From an uncultured Rhizobium sp. (lineage in GTDB: Bacteria; Pseudomonadota; Alphaproteobacteria; Rickettsiales; UBA1997), in the NCBI GenBank assembly GCA_964537735.1, contig CAZICL010000007.1, positions 9,768 through 73,767 on the forward strand: a stretch of 64,000 bases of DNA, given 5' to 3'. The notes under the pieces are model-generated. The model saw nothing but the letters and a program-made list of their open reading frames with translations, was not told the DNA's origin and searched no databases. A program made the position numbers and the translations under genes. Below are positions 10,529 to 20,205 of this stretch, piece by piece. Every line of letters begins with the position of its first letter. Position 1 is the stretch's first letter.

Positions 10529-11623
10529 TTACTGGCTTCGACTGTCACCTTGCTCTCTCGCCTCTTTGGCCATTTTTTCCAGAATATATTCCACCCAAGA
10601 AAAATTTCCCGATCCGTCACCACCCTGCCCAACTTGTGTCTGTGCTGATCCCACATGATCAACAATATTTTCCATCGCAGCACTTTCACCTCGAACTCGC
10701 GATTTAGTATCAACATTGGCATGATAAGAAACTGTAGATGCCATCGTCACATTGCCACTATCAACAGCTTGCTGCAAAATGCTTCTACCATCTTTAGCAA
10801 TTGTATTAACATTAGCACCGGCAGCAATCATGGCACTGGCACCAGCAACATTACCTTGCACCACCGCTTCTGACAATTCTTCTTCTTTAGTTCTATTGGC
10901 CGGAGAATCACCACGCATAGCCCGCACCACACCTTTGAGCAATGATCCCATTTTGCCGCCATTTTCTTCCACACAAGATGAGAGTTTTTGATGTCCACCA
11001 AGGCTGGCAATATCGCGCACGGTCATGCCATGCTTATTCTCAGCATTAATTTCAACACCTTCATCAATCAAAAATTTCATCATCTTGTCATTCACACCTA
11101 TTGCCGCAGCGAAATGTGCCAAGTTATTTCCAGTGGCAGATTTAAAATTAACTTCAGCGCCAACTTTAATTAATTGCTTGGTTTCCTTTTGATCACGACC
11201 ACCAGTCAGTGAAGCAGCAAGAGGGTTTAAAGACGGGTCATCTTTACTAAAATCATTTAGTTCTTCGACGCCAAAACCACATTTTTTGTGAAACTGCAAA
11301 CATTCTTGCATCGGTTTATTGGAAGCGCAGGAAATAATAAAAACCTCACGCGCAATATCACCCATCCTTTCTGCACTGACATCCTTAGACAGCTCTTTGG
11401 AATATTTTTGCAAACGGTGTTCCATGCCATTTAAAATAGCCTTTTGGTCTTTGTTCAAATCGGAATAATCAAACTGCAAACTATCGGCAAATTTTTTGAC
11501 ATCTTTTACTTGTAAACCATCAAAATCCGAAGATTTACCACCGAATCCAAATGCTGGATTTTCCTGCATTTGCGGCTCTTCAGTTTTAACACCACCAAAA
11601 ATTTTACTAAAAAATCCTGCCAT
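10529..11623 (-). CDS. ankyrin-repeat protein, effector-like
   Basis: GNNLAHFAAAIG, GMTVRDIASLGGH, GANVN...GRSILQQAVDSGN. Charged tail SWVEYILEKMAKEAREQGDSRSQ. Likely start ATG 11623. Confidence 0.85.
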   Translation of the reverse strand: MAGFFSKIFGGVKTEEPQMQENPAFGFGGKSSDFDGLQVKDVKKFADSLQFDYSDLNKDQKAILNGMEHRLQKYSKELSKDVSAERMGDIAREVFIISCASNKPMQECLQFHKKCGFGVEELNDFSKDDPSLNPLAASLTGGRDQKETKQLIKVGAEVNFKSATGNNLAHFAAAIGVNDKMMKFLIDEGVEINAENKHGMTVRDIASLGGHQKLSSCVEENGGKMGSLLKGVVRAMRGDSPANRTKEEELSEAVVQGNVAGASAMIAAGANVNTIAKDGRSILQQAVDSGNVTMASTVSYHANVDTKSRVRGESAAMENIVDHVGSAQTQVGQGGDGSGNFSWVEYILEKMAKEAREQGDSRSQ

Positions 11624-11642
11624 TTTTCTCTCCAATAAATTG

Positions 11643-13220
11643 CTATTTAATTTTTTCTTCGACCAGTTTGATAAAATTTTCAATGCCAAAAAGAACAATA
11701 AAAGAGCCCATGCGTGGGCCTTGGTCTTGTCCTAAAAGAATTTGGTAAAGTGCTAAAAACCAATCGCGCATATTCTTTTCATAACCGTGATTTTTGCCAA
11801 TTTGAAAAACTAAATTTTGCAATAAAGCACCGTCATTTTTTTGCTCATCAGTGGCATTTTTTAATGCTGCAACAAGCTCAGCAAGTGCTGATTTTTCGGC
11901 ATCAGTTCCTTGGCGATATTGTTTATTTTTCTTGATGAAGTCATTGTAATAAGCAATTGCACAACCAACCATTTTAGCCAAAAGTGGTGAATTTTCTGGC
12001 GTTAAACCAGATTGATATTTTGAAATGAAACCCCACAAAACTGCATCATTTTCAGGGTTACAAGCCGATGCTAAGTTAAGTAAAAGTGAGTAGCTTAAAT
12101 TAAAGTTAATCGCCGGAATTTTTCCTTCATGAATGTGGAAAGCTGGATTATCAAGCTTTGCCGCCTCTTCCTGATTGGCAAAACTTTGAGCAAAAGCCAA
12201 ATATTCATCAGATGCTTTTGGGATCACATCAAAATATAAACGCTTTGCTGTCTTGGGTTTTTGATACATAAAAAGCGCCATCGATTCAGATGGAGCATAT
12301 TTCAACCATTCTTCAACCGAGATGCCGTTGCCTTTTGATTTAGAAATTTTTTCGCCATTGTCCGACAAAAACATTTCGTAAGTGAAGTTCACCGGAGGTA
12401 TGCCACCTAAAATTTTGCACACTTGGCGATAAATTTTTTCGTTAGGTTGATGATCTTTACCATAAATTTCGTAATCAACACCAAGTGAATACCAGCGTGC
12501 CCCGAAGTCGATCTTCCATTGCAATTTACAATTGCCACCAGTCACAGAAATTTCTTTTTCAACTCCATTTCCATCAACATAAATTACGGTTTGACGTTCT
12601 TTATTGACTCCTTTCACACCTTTATCAATCACCATGCCCGACTCTTGATCAATTGGCATAAATGGCGAATAAGTTTCCTGACGTTCTGCTCCAAGAGTTG
12701 GCAACATTAGCTCCATCAACTCTTCATATTTTTCTAAAACACGAAGCATCGTGCTGTCAAAAGCACCGGATTTATATTTTTCAGTGGCGCTGATAAATTC
12801 ATATTGAAAACCAAAGCCATCAAGAAAGCCGCGCAAACGGGCATTCATATTGTGGCCGTAAGATTCGTGAGTTCCGAAAGGATCGGGAACTGAAGTTAAA
12901 GGCCTACCTAAATTTGCTCTGATTAAATCTTGTTGCGGCAAATTATCCGGCACTTTGCGCAAGCCATCAATATCGTCAGAAACACAAAACATCTTAGTAG
13001 GAATTTCCGGCGCAATTAATGAAAAAGCGTGACGCACAAAAGATGTACGCACCACTTCACCAAAAGTTCCAATATGTGGCAAGCCAGATGGGCCATAGCC
13101 GGTTTCAAAAAGCACGTAACCTTTAGCCGGAGTTTTGCCGCCAATTTTTTCTAAAATTCTGCGTGCTTCTTCAAACGGCCAAGCTTTTGATTCGAGATAA
13201 GATTTGTGAGAGATTGTCAT
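11643..13220 (-). CDS. lysS: class I lysyl-tRNA synthetase
   Basis: GYGPSGLPHIGT (HIGH), KLQWKIDF, YGKDH, KISKSKGN, QGPRMGSF. Confidence 0.96.
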   Translation of the reverse strand: MTISHKSYLESKAWPFEEARRILEKIGGKTPAKGYVLFETGYGPSGLPHIGTFGEVVRTSFVRHAFSLIAPEIPTKMFCVSDDIDGLRKVPDNLPQQDLIRANLGRPLTSVPDPFGTHESYGHNMNARLRGFLDGFGFQYEFISATEKYKSGAFDSTMLRVLEKYEELMELMLPTLGAERQETYSPFMPIDQESGMVIDKGVKGVNKERQTVIYVDGNGVEKEISVTGGNCKLQWKIDFGARWYSLGVDYEIYGKDHQPNEKIYRQVCKILGGIPPVNFTYEMFLSDNGEKISKSKGNGISVEEWLKYAPSESMALFMYQKPKTAKRLYFDVIPKASDEYLAFAQSFANQEEAAKLDNPAFHIHEGKIPAINFNLSYSLLLNLASACNPENDAVLWGFISKYQSGLTPENSPLLAKMVGCAIAYYNDFIKKNKQYRQGTDAEKSALAELVAALKNATDEQKNDGALLQNLVFQIGKNHGYEKNMRDWFLALYQILLGQDQGPRMGSFIVLFGIENFIKLVEEKIK

Positions 13221-13324
13221 TTTTTATTTTTTAATTTTTTGCTCAAAACCGCTTCAAATTCTGCGATTATTGGCATTTATTTTTTGATATTTTTATTAGC
13301 TGGAAACCAAACCAATAGTGGTAA

Positions 13325-14746
13325 TTAAAATTGCGCGATCAATAAATTTTTCTCGACCCCCACAACCTTAACCTGCACGATCTCGCTCGATTTTAATTGT
13401 TCTCCGCCGAGAATCTTTACTTCCAAGAAATTTTCCGATTTTCCCACACCATCTTTTTCAATAATCACGCTTAAATTTTTGCCGATTTGGTTTTGTAAAA
13501 ATTTTTGTAATTCTATCGCGCCAGTTTCACGCAGAATTTTTGCCCGCTCTTTAATAATTTTTCCGTTAAGCTGCGGCATTTTGGCGGCAGGCGTTCCATC
13601 ACGTTTTGAGTAAGGAAAAATATGGGTAAAAATTATTCCTGCTTCTGCAATTAATTTACGCGAATTTTCAAACATCAAGTCATCTTCAGTGGGAAATCCA
13701 GCAATGATATCGGCACCAAAAGTGATTTCTGGCCTTATTTGACGGGCTTTAGCACAAAAATCCAAAACCTGCTTTGCCGTGTGCCGGCGTTTCATTCTTT
13801 TTAAAATTACATCATCACCAGATTGCACACTTAAATGTAAGTAAGGCATGAAGCGTGGTTCAGAGCGCAAAATATCAAAAAATTCTTCGTCAATTTCAGC
13901 AACATCAATTGAGGATAAACGCAACCGTGGTAACTCTGGAACAAGCTTAAGCAAACGCTTAATCATTTGCGACAAAGTAATTTTTACCGCTAAATCTTCA
14001 CCATAACCAGAAATATCAACTCCGGTAAAAACCACTTCCTGGTGACCCATAGCCACCATTTTTTTTACTTGAGTGACAATTTCACCAAAAGCTACCGAGC
14101 GTGAATTGCCACGTCCAAAAGGAATGATGCAAAAAGTGCAACGATGATTGCAACCATTCTGAATTTCTAAAAAAGCGCGGGTTTTATTTTCAAAATAAGA
14201 AACCAGTTGCGGCGCTGTATCGCGCACTGACATGATGTCGTTAACCTTGATTTTAGAAGTTTCAAATGCAGTTAAAAAAATCTCAGAGGATTTTTTGGCA
14301 TCAGAAAAGATTTTATCTTTATGGGCAATTTCAGGATTAGAATTAAGCGATGTGCCAAGAGAATTGATTTGATACTTTTGATTGCCATAGCTTTTTGGAT
14401 TTGATTTTTCGCTATTTCCCAAAACCAAGTCCACTTCTGCCATCTTGGCATATTTTTGGGGATCAATTTGAGCGGCGCAACCAGTGACAATAATTTTGGC
14501 CTGAGGATTTTTTTTACGGGCTTTGCGCAATGCTGATCGCAATTCTCTTTCTGCTTCGGAAGTGACAGCACAGGAATTAAAAACAATGAGATTTTTTTGA
14601 TCAGTTTGTTTTAGAGCAGTCTTGATGCCTTCAGATTCGTAGGAATTAAGACGACATCCGAAAGTGATAATTTGATTCTCCGCATCAGACTGGCTGGAAG
14701 AATTGTGATCTTTCTTCGGAACTAATGAATCAATTTTACTATCCAT
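13325..14746 (-). CDS. mtaB: tRNA t6A methylthiotransferase MtaB
   Basis: TFGCRLNSYES, NSCAVT, VTGCAAQ, radical-SAM QNGCNHRCTFC, HIFPYSKR.GTPA, C-terminal TRAM-like region. Confidence 0.93.
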   Translation of the reverse strand: MDSKIDSLVPKKDHNSSSQSDAENQIITFGCRLNSYESEGIKTALKQTDQKNLIVFNSCAVTSEAERELRSALRKARKKNPQAKIIVTGCAAQIDPQKYAKMAEVDLVLGNSEKSNPKSYGNQKYQINSLGTSLNSNPEIAHKDKIFSDAKKSSEIFLTAFETSKIKVNDIMSVRDTAPQLVSYFENKTRAFLEIQNGCNHRCTFCIIPFGRGNSRSVAFGEIVTQVKKMVAMGHQEVVFTGVDISGYGEDLAVKITLSQMIKRLLKLVPELPRLRLSSIDVAEIDEEFFDILRSEPRFMPYLHLSVQSGDDVILKRMKRRHTAKQVLDFCAKARQIRPEITFGADIIAGFPTEDDLMFENSRKLIAEAGIIFTHIFPYSKRDGTPAAKMPQLNGKIIKERAKILRETGAIELQKFLQNQIGKNLSVIIEKDGVGKSENFLEVKILGGEQLKSSEIVQVKVVGVEKNLLIAQF

Positions 14747-15356
14747 TCCTTCTGCGATCATTGGCCAGAACAACGTGGCTGACAACTTTTTCTACGCCTC
14801 TGAGTTTTGCAACAATTTGAATAACTCGGTTGAGTTCAATTTCATCTTGTGCAACACCAATCAAATAAACCGTTTTGTTAACAGTGGTAACTTTGTAATT
14901 GACGCTGGAAACTTTTTTGCTGAAGAGTAAGTAAGCCTCAACTTTGCTGGTGATCACATAATCGTAACTTGCCGAAGCAACGTCACGGAAATTTACAGAT
15001 TCATCTTCACGCAACTGAATTTCATCAATAACTTCTCTAACACCGCTAACCTTCCAGGCCAGTTCGTAGGCTAGTTTAGCTTTACTTTGATCACGAATAA
15101 TACCAGTCAATAAAACTCGACCTTCATTCACTGTGATATCAACTGAATTACCGAAATTAGTTAAACCATTCTGCAAAAAATCAGCGCTTAAAATTGTATA
15201 AATTTGAATGTCGTGACGCGTGTTATTTAAACTTTTCTCACGCACAGCTACTGTAGCGGTTGCGAAAGATCCAACCACCACTGTCTCAACACAGGAAGTC
15301 AAAAAAGTTACAGATAAAAGTGACACTAAAACTAAAAGTTTTTTGGAAATTTTCAT
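14739..15356 (-). CDS. BON-domain lipoprotein (OsmY/DolP-like)
   Basis: Lipobox LTSC; two BON domains (VNEGRVLLTG...VSGVREV; VNKTVYLIG...RGVEKV). Likely start ATG 15356. Confidence 0.88.
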   Translation of the reverse strand: MKISKKLLVLVSLLSVTFLTSCVETVVVGSFATATVAVREKSLNNTRHDIQIYTILSADFLQNGLTNFGNSVDITVNEGRVLLTGIIRDQSKAKLAYELAWKVSGVREVIDEIQLREDESVNFRDVASASYDYVITSKVEAYLLFSKKVSSVNYKVTTVNKTVYLIGVAQDEIELNRVIQIVAKLRGVEKVVSHVVLANDRRRNG

Positions 15357-15533
15357 TTTTTGAGAATCTTTGAGAGGCTTATAAATAAAGGAAGGAAGGC
15401 ATTGTTTTGCAGTGAGCAAACTTAATTTTTTTATTTGAACATTGCAAATTATTTTTCGATTCATAATTTGCGCCACCTCATTTCTTTTGCAAAATATTTC
15501 CTTTTTGCAACTTCACAGAAATTTTTGGTTTAT

Positions 15534-15608
15534 GCGGGTGTAGCTCAGTGGTAGAGTGTCACCTTGCCAAGGTGAATGTCGAGGGTTCGAATCCCTTCAC
15601 CCGCTCCA
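15534..15608 (+). tRNA. tRNA-Gly(GCC)
   Basis: Acceptor GCGGGTG/CACCCGC, D-arm AGCTCAGTGGTAGAG, anticodon arm TCACC-TTGCCAA-GGTGA, T-loop GTTCGAATC, encoded CCA. Confidence 0.97.
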
Positions 15609-15690
15609 GGCTTCGCTCTTGCGAGCTACGCTTAGCAGTTCAGGTCCGTAAGGATTGAGCTGACAAAGTAGATCGTTAGAGCGAAGCCTG
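15607..15690. repeat. 84-bp element with 13-bp perfect terminal inverted repeats directly 3' of tRNA-Gly
   Basis: CAGGCTTCGCTCT (15607-15619) and AGAGCGAAGCCTG (15678-15690), plus an internal hairpin GCTC-TTGC-GAGC. Confidence 0.7.
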
Positions 15691-15713
15691 ACCTCCCAAA
15701 TTCTCTCTTTTCT

Positions 15714-16769
15714 CTAGTACTTCCCGAACATCTTACGAATCTTTTCAACATCCTTAGTCTTCGTCAATGCCAGCATTGTAAGCACTCTGGCCTTTTGCGG
15801 ATTAAGATTATCGGCAGTTACAAATCCAAATTCATCATCATTAATCTCAGCATTTGGTATTACTCCACCACTATCAATACGTGAACTACGCACAACAATT
15901 ATACCCTTTTTTCTTATTTCGATCAAATGTTTCATGCTCTCTGCATCAATATTACCATCACCAACTCCGGCCAAAATTATGGCTTGTGAACCCAGTTCCA
16001 CCAAACGGTCAATTATTGCCGCTTCTGATCCAGCGTAAGCGTAAATAATGTCAACTTTAGGCAAGTTGGTCATTTTTCTGACATCGAACTTGCTATCTTT
16101 AGTGTGTTTTCTCAAAGGCTCATAATAAATTTTCACCACACCATAATTCACCGAACCGATGGCTCCGGCATTAGAACTTCTAAAAGAAGACACGTTTGTG
16201 GTTTGACCTTTAGCAGCATCACGCGCGGCGAAAATCTCGTCATTCATCACAATTAAAACACCCTTTTCGCGCGCATCTTTGCTGGCAGCAAGAGCAACAG
16301 CATTGTAAAGATTAAGCGCTCCATCAGCGCTCAGAGACGTTGAAGGACGCATTGATCCAACCACGATCACTGGCTTTTCACTCTTCACAGTTAAATTAAG
16401 AAAATATGCTGTTTCTTCCATGGTGTCAGTACCATGTGTTATCACCACAGCATCGACTGACTTATCTGCCAAAACTTCATTAACCTTTTTAGAAATGAAT
16501 AACCAATCTTGGGCATTAAAATCCTGACTGGCTTTTTGCATGATTTGCTCAGCTTTAATGTCAGCTAATTTAGTGATGCCGGGAATTTGTTTGATAATTT
16601 GTTCAATATCAATTTTCGAAGAAGCATAGCTAGAGCCAGTTGCCGAAGAACCCTCTCCTGATATAGTTCCTCCCGTTGCTAAAATAACTATGTTTTTAGT
16701 ATTTTTGGCATTTGCCGTTAGAGGAAAAGTAAGAAGACAGGCCATAAAAAATAATTGTAATAACTTCAT
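15714..16769 (-). CDS. ansB: type II (periplasmic) L-asparaginase
   Basis: Signal peptide, ATGGTI, HGTDTMEETAYFL, GSMRP, SADGALNL, LNPQKARVL. Likely start ATG 16769. Confidence 0.93.
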   Translation of the reverse strand: MKLLQLFFMACLLTFPLTANAKNTKNIVILATGGTISGEGSSATGSSYASSKIDIEQIIKQIPGITKLADIKAEQIMQKASQDFNAQDWLFISKKVNEVLADKSVDAVVITHGTDTMEETAYFLNLTVKSEKPVIVVGSMRPSTSLSADGALNLYNAVALAASKDAREKGVLIVMNDEIFAARDAAKGQTTNVSSFRSSNAGAIGSVNYGVVKIYYEPLRKHTKDSKFDVRKMTNLPKVDIIYAYAGSEAAIIDRLVELGSQAIILAGVGDGNIDAESMKHLIEIRKKGIIVVRSSRIDSGGVIPNAEINDDEFGFVTADNLNPQKARVLTMLALTKTKDVEKIRKMFGKY

Positions 16770-16965
16770 AAAAAGAGAGATTAATTTTGTAGGATTAATG
16801 AAATTGCTCATAAAGAGACTGTTAAATGCCAAATATTAAATCCGTTCCAACAACTTTTGCTATAAAATGAATTTTGCTAACGGTGCGCAAAATTAACTTT
16901 TGACCAATAAAATCAATGGTCGGAAAAATAAAAATTACTAAAAATTTGCTCAAAAACTGCAAGTT

Positions 16966-17625
16966 CTAAAACGTTTTTTCTAAATCATTTTCAACGTAAA
17001 ATTCTTCACCAATTTTAATTTCTTCACGACCGTTTTTAACACGCCATTCATTGGAATCCCGCAGTGAAAAAATGCAGCCGCAATATTCTTGTTTGTAAAA
17101 TTCTTCCCGTTTAGCAATTTCATACATACGCGCCGCACCACCACCCTTGCGCCAATTGTAAGTCCAATAAGTTACACCGTCATAATTTTGCGCTGCACGC
17201 ATTCCGCAATCATTAATCTGATCCATATTTTTCCAGCGTGAAATCCCCAAAGACGAGGTAATAATTTTAAAACCATGTTCAAAGGCATAAAGTGCTGTAC
17301 GTTCAAAACGCATGTCAAAACATTTGGTACAACGCTCACCGCGTTCCGGCGCCAATTCCAAACCTTTAGCACGTTTAAACCAATTTTGCACGTCGTAATC
17401 AGCATCAATAAAAGGAATACCTAACTTTTCTGCAAAACGAATATTCTCATTTTTGCGAATCTCATATTCTTTTTTGGGATGAATATTGGGGTTGTAAAAA
17501 AAGATCGTCACCTCAATTCCCGATTCTTTCATACGCTCCATTAAGTCACCAGCGCAAGGTGCACAGCAGCTGTGCATTAAGACGCGATTGTCGGTAGCGT
17601 CCACTGGAAGTTCAAGTTTGTGCAT
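16966..17625 (-). CDS. queH: epoxyqueuosine reductase QueH
   Basis: [34 protein letters not shown]. Confidence 0.93.
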   Translation of the reverse strand: MHKLELPVDATDNRVLMHSCCAPCAGDLMERMKESGIEVTIFFYNPNIHPKKEYEIRKNENIRFAEKLGIPFIDADYDVQNWFKRAKGLELAPERGERCTKCFDMRFERTALYAFEHGFKIITSSLGISRWKNMDQINDCGMRAAQNYDGVTYWTYNWRKGGGAARMYEIAKREEFYKQEYCGCIFSLRDSNEWRVKNGREEIKIGEEFYVENDLEKTF

Positions 17626-17663
17626 GTTTTAATTTATTGTTTGGTTTCTGATCTCAAAAGTTT

Positions 17664-17698
17664 TAAATCATAAATCATAAATCTTAACTCATAAATTT
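17664..17698 (+). repeat. heptamer tandem array (TAAATCA-like x5) before the mutM start
   Basis: TAAATCA TAAATCA TAAATCT TAACTCA TAAATTT. Confidence 0.75.
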
Positions 17699-17699
17699 T

Positions 17700-18512
17700 A
17701 TGCCTGAACTTCCTGAAGTTGAAACCGTACGCCGCGGCATTGAACATTTGACTGGCCGAAAAGTGGTTAGAGTTTTTCGCTCAGCAAAAAAAATGCGCAT
17801 TGAATCAACACTTGATTTACAAGGATTAAATGCGGCGAAAATTCTTAAAGTTAGCAGAAGAGCACGTTATTTAATCATTGAGTTCAACAATAAAACCAGC
17901 CTGATTTTGCATTTGGGCATGAGTGGCAAAGTGACGGTAGGTAATAATTTTCAAAATCTGAAGCATGATCATTTCGCCTTAGAATTTGACGATGGAAAAT
18001 ATTTAATTTTTAATGATGCGCGTCGTTTTGGTTTTATTGACTTGGTTGCCACAAAAGATTTATTACAGCATAAAATGTTAGCAACATTAGGGCCTGAACC
18101 CTTGTCTGATGAGTTTGAAGCTCAATATTTAAAAGAAAAATTACGCGGCAAAAAAATGAACATCAAAACCACTATGATGGATAACGCAATTGTCGTGGGA
18201 GTTGGTAATATCTACATTAATGAGTCATTATTTGCTGCCAAAATTTTACCAACTCGGCCGGCGAATTTGTTAAAAGACTCTGAAATAAAAAAACTGATTT
18301 CATTAATTAAAAAAACTATTCAAAACGCCATTGACTTAGGTGGTTCTTCAATCTCAGATTACGTTACCGCCAATGGTGATTTGGGAAATTTTCAAAACAG
18401 CTTCAAAGTTTACGGACGCGAAAAATTAAACTGTTTGCTTTGTAAGAATTTAATCAAAAGGATAAAACAAAATGGCCGATCAAGCTTTTATTGTCCGCAA
18501 TGTCAGAGGTGA
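17700..18512 (+). CDS. mutM: formamidopyrimidine-DNA glycosylase
   Basis: MPELPEVE, HLGMSG, DARRFG, GVGNIYINESLF, C-terminal zinc finger C..C...CPQCQ. Confidence 0.97.
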   Translation: MPELPEVETVRRGIEHLTGRKVVRVFRSAKKMRIESTLDLQGLNAAKILKVSRRARYLIIEFNNKTSLILHLGMSGKVTVGNNFQNLKHDHFALEFDDGKYLIFNDARRFGFIDLVATKDLLQHKMLATLGPEPLSDEFEAQYLKEKLRGKKMNIKTTMMDNAIVVGVGNIYINESLFAAKILPTRPANLLKDSEIKKLISLIKKTIQNAIDLGGSSISDYVTANGDLGNFQNSFKVYGREKLNCLLCKNLIKRIKQNGRSSFYCPQCQR

Positions 18513-18513
18513 T

Positions 18514-18948
18514 ATGAAAAAAATTTTACCAGCTATTTTCAGCTTGTTTTTACTCTCTTCCTGCATCAGCAGTAATTTAACTCACATCGAACCAGTAACC
18601 AAACCTTCACCAAAAATAGAAAATTTGACCGCTAAAGATTTTGTAAAAGGCAGTGAAGACATTCCGCTTTTAAGCAATTTGGAACTAATCGAAAATGATG
18701 GGGTAAATTTTGATTCAGACTCGGGAAGTTTTGTTACCGTTGATTATGAAAGCCCAATTGCGCTGGAATCTGTACAAGGATTTTATTTAAGAACCTTGCC
18801 AGAAATGGGTTGGCGTTTGATTAAAAACAATGCCGCGGAATCTAATTTTACGCGCGATAATGAAAAAATCAGAATCGAATTTCTGCACAATGATGAAGAA
18901 AAAGAACGGATTGTGCGCTTCTCAATGTCTTCAGTAGTTAGAAAATAA
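18514..18948 (+). CDS. hypothetical lipoprotein
   Basis: MKKILPAIFSLFLLSSC lipobox; DIPLLSNL...F.S..G region typical of alphaproteobacterial hypotheticals. Confidence 0.75.
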   Translation: MKKILPAIFSLFLLSSCISSNLTHIEPVTKPSPKIENLTAKDFVKGSEDIPLLSNLELIENDGVNFDSDSGSFVTVDYESPIALESVQGFYLRTLPEMGWRLIKNNAAESNFTRDNEKIRIEFLHNDEEKERIVRFSMSSVVRK

Positions 18949-18952
18949 AACC

Positions 18953-20116
18953 TCAGATCAATTTCAAATTTCCATAATCAACATCGCGATGATATTTGCG
19001 TTTGGTAAAAGCCAATATCAAACCGAAACAAATAGCCGTCGACATCATTGACGAACCGCCATAACTAATGAATGGCAGAGTCATTCCTTTAGTTGGCATT
19101 AAGCGCAAACTGACACCGATATTTACGATCACCTGCATTGAAAATTGCGTCATTAATCCGCACAAAGCCAAAAACACGAAAGAATCCTCTTCTTCCAAAG
19201 CACGTTTGACAATACGCATCAACAAATAAGCAAAGATCAGAATAATAATTGAGCAGGACAAAATGCCGTATTCCTCACCAACAACAGCAAAAATAAAATC
19301 GGTGTGAGCATCAGGAATAAAATTCTTCACCACACCATTGCCAGGCCCAGTGCCAAAAAATGAGCCATTAACAAAAGCATCAAGTGATCTTTCCACCTGA
19401 TAATTTTTACCATCAACATCCAGAAAACGGTTGATACGATCTTCAACATGGGGAAACACAATGTAAGCTCCCACACCACCAATCACAATGAACACAGCAA
19501 TTCCAACAATAAGACCCAGCGGTAAACCGTAAGCAAAAATTTGTGCCAACCACAAGGCAGTGAAAGTAAGAGTCATTCCAAAGTCAGGTTGCAACAGGAG
19601 TAAGGCTGCAATCACAGAAAATAATCCAAAAGAAATACCATATTTTACCAGCCATTCTTCATTGTCGAATCTTTGAAAAATATAGGAATTAGCAATAACG
19701 AAGAATGCCTTAGCAAATTCAGATGGTTGTAGTGTAAAACCCGCAAGAGAAATCCATCTTTTGGCACCTTTTGCTTCTGATCCAAAGAATAATACAAAAA
19801 CCAACAAAATAATCACCGCTAACAAACCTACTATTGAAAGAAGTTTGATCCTTTGCTGATCAAGAAACGAAATTGAAACCAACAAAAACAGTGAAATCAC
19901 TGCAAAAATAAGTTGTTTTTTAAGGAAGAAAAATTTCTCAACGTCAATTCTCTTGGCGATTGCCGGACTTGAGCTGGCTGTCATCATCAACCCAAAAACA
20001 ATGATCCCAATTACAATCAAAAAATTTATCTTGTCGATGTCGATCCACCATTTTTTAAAAATATTTAAATGACGGCGATCAAACGGGCGATTGGCTTTAA
20101 TGTCCCAGCTATCCAT
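18953..20116 (-). CDS. ftsW: cell-division SEDS glycosyltransferase FtsW
   Basis: GAKRWI, LQPSEFAK, LQPDFG, PDAHTDFIF, PTKGMTLPFISYGGSS. Confidence 0.93.
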   Translation of the reverse strand: MDSWDIKANRPFDRRHLNIFKKWWIDIDKINFLIVIGIIVFGLMMTASSSPAIAKRIDVEKFFFLKKQLIFAVISLFLLVSISFLDQQRIKLLSIVGLLAVIILLVFVLFFGSEAKGAKRWISLAGFTLQPSEFAKAFFVIANSYIFQRFDNEEWLVKYGISFGLFSVIAALLLLQPDFGMTLTFTALWLAQIFAYGLPLGLIVGIAVFIVIGGVGAYIVFPHVEDRINRFLDVDGKNYQVERSLDAFVNGSFFGTGPGNGVVKNFIPDAHTDFIFAVVGEEYGILSCSIIILIFAYLLMRIVKRALEEEDSFVFLALCGLMTQFSMQVIVNIGVSLRLMPTKGMTLPFISYGGSSMMSTAICFGLILAFTKRKYHRDVDYGNLKLI

Positions 20117-20117
20117 A

Positions 20118-20201
20118 ATTATGATTTATGCTTTAAAAAATATGATTTAAAAATACGGTATCGTCTTAAATCAAAAATCTTAAATCAAAAATTTAAAATC
20201 A
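20118..20201. repeat. mirror-oriented heptamer arrays in the ftsW/argH divergent spacer
   Basis: TATGATT TATGCTT...TATGATT on the left; TAAATCA AAAATCT TAAATCA AAAATTT AAAATCA (20167-20201) on the right. Confidence 0.7.
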
Positions 20202-20205
20202 ACTC

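Noticed and set aside
11643-13220. Class I LysRS as an archaeal transfer
   Set aside because: It is the standard LysRS of Rickettsiales and many alphaproteobacteria.
14250-14400. Low-complexity insertion in MtaB between the UPF0004 and radical-SAM domains
   Set aside because: This linker is length-variable in the family, and no repeat or mobile-element signature is visible.
15534-16832. Integrative element or prophage at tRNA-Gly
   Set aside because: No integrase and no duplicated tRNA 3' end (att site) was found in the window.
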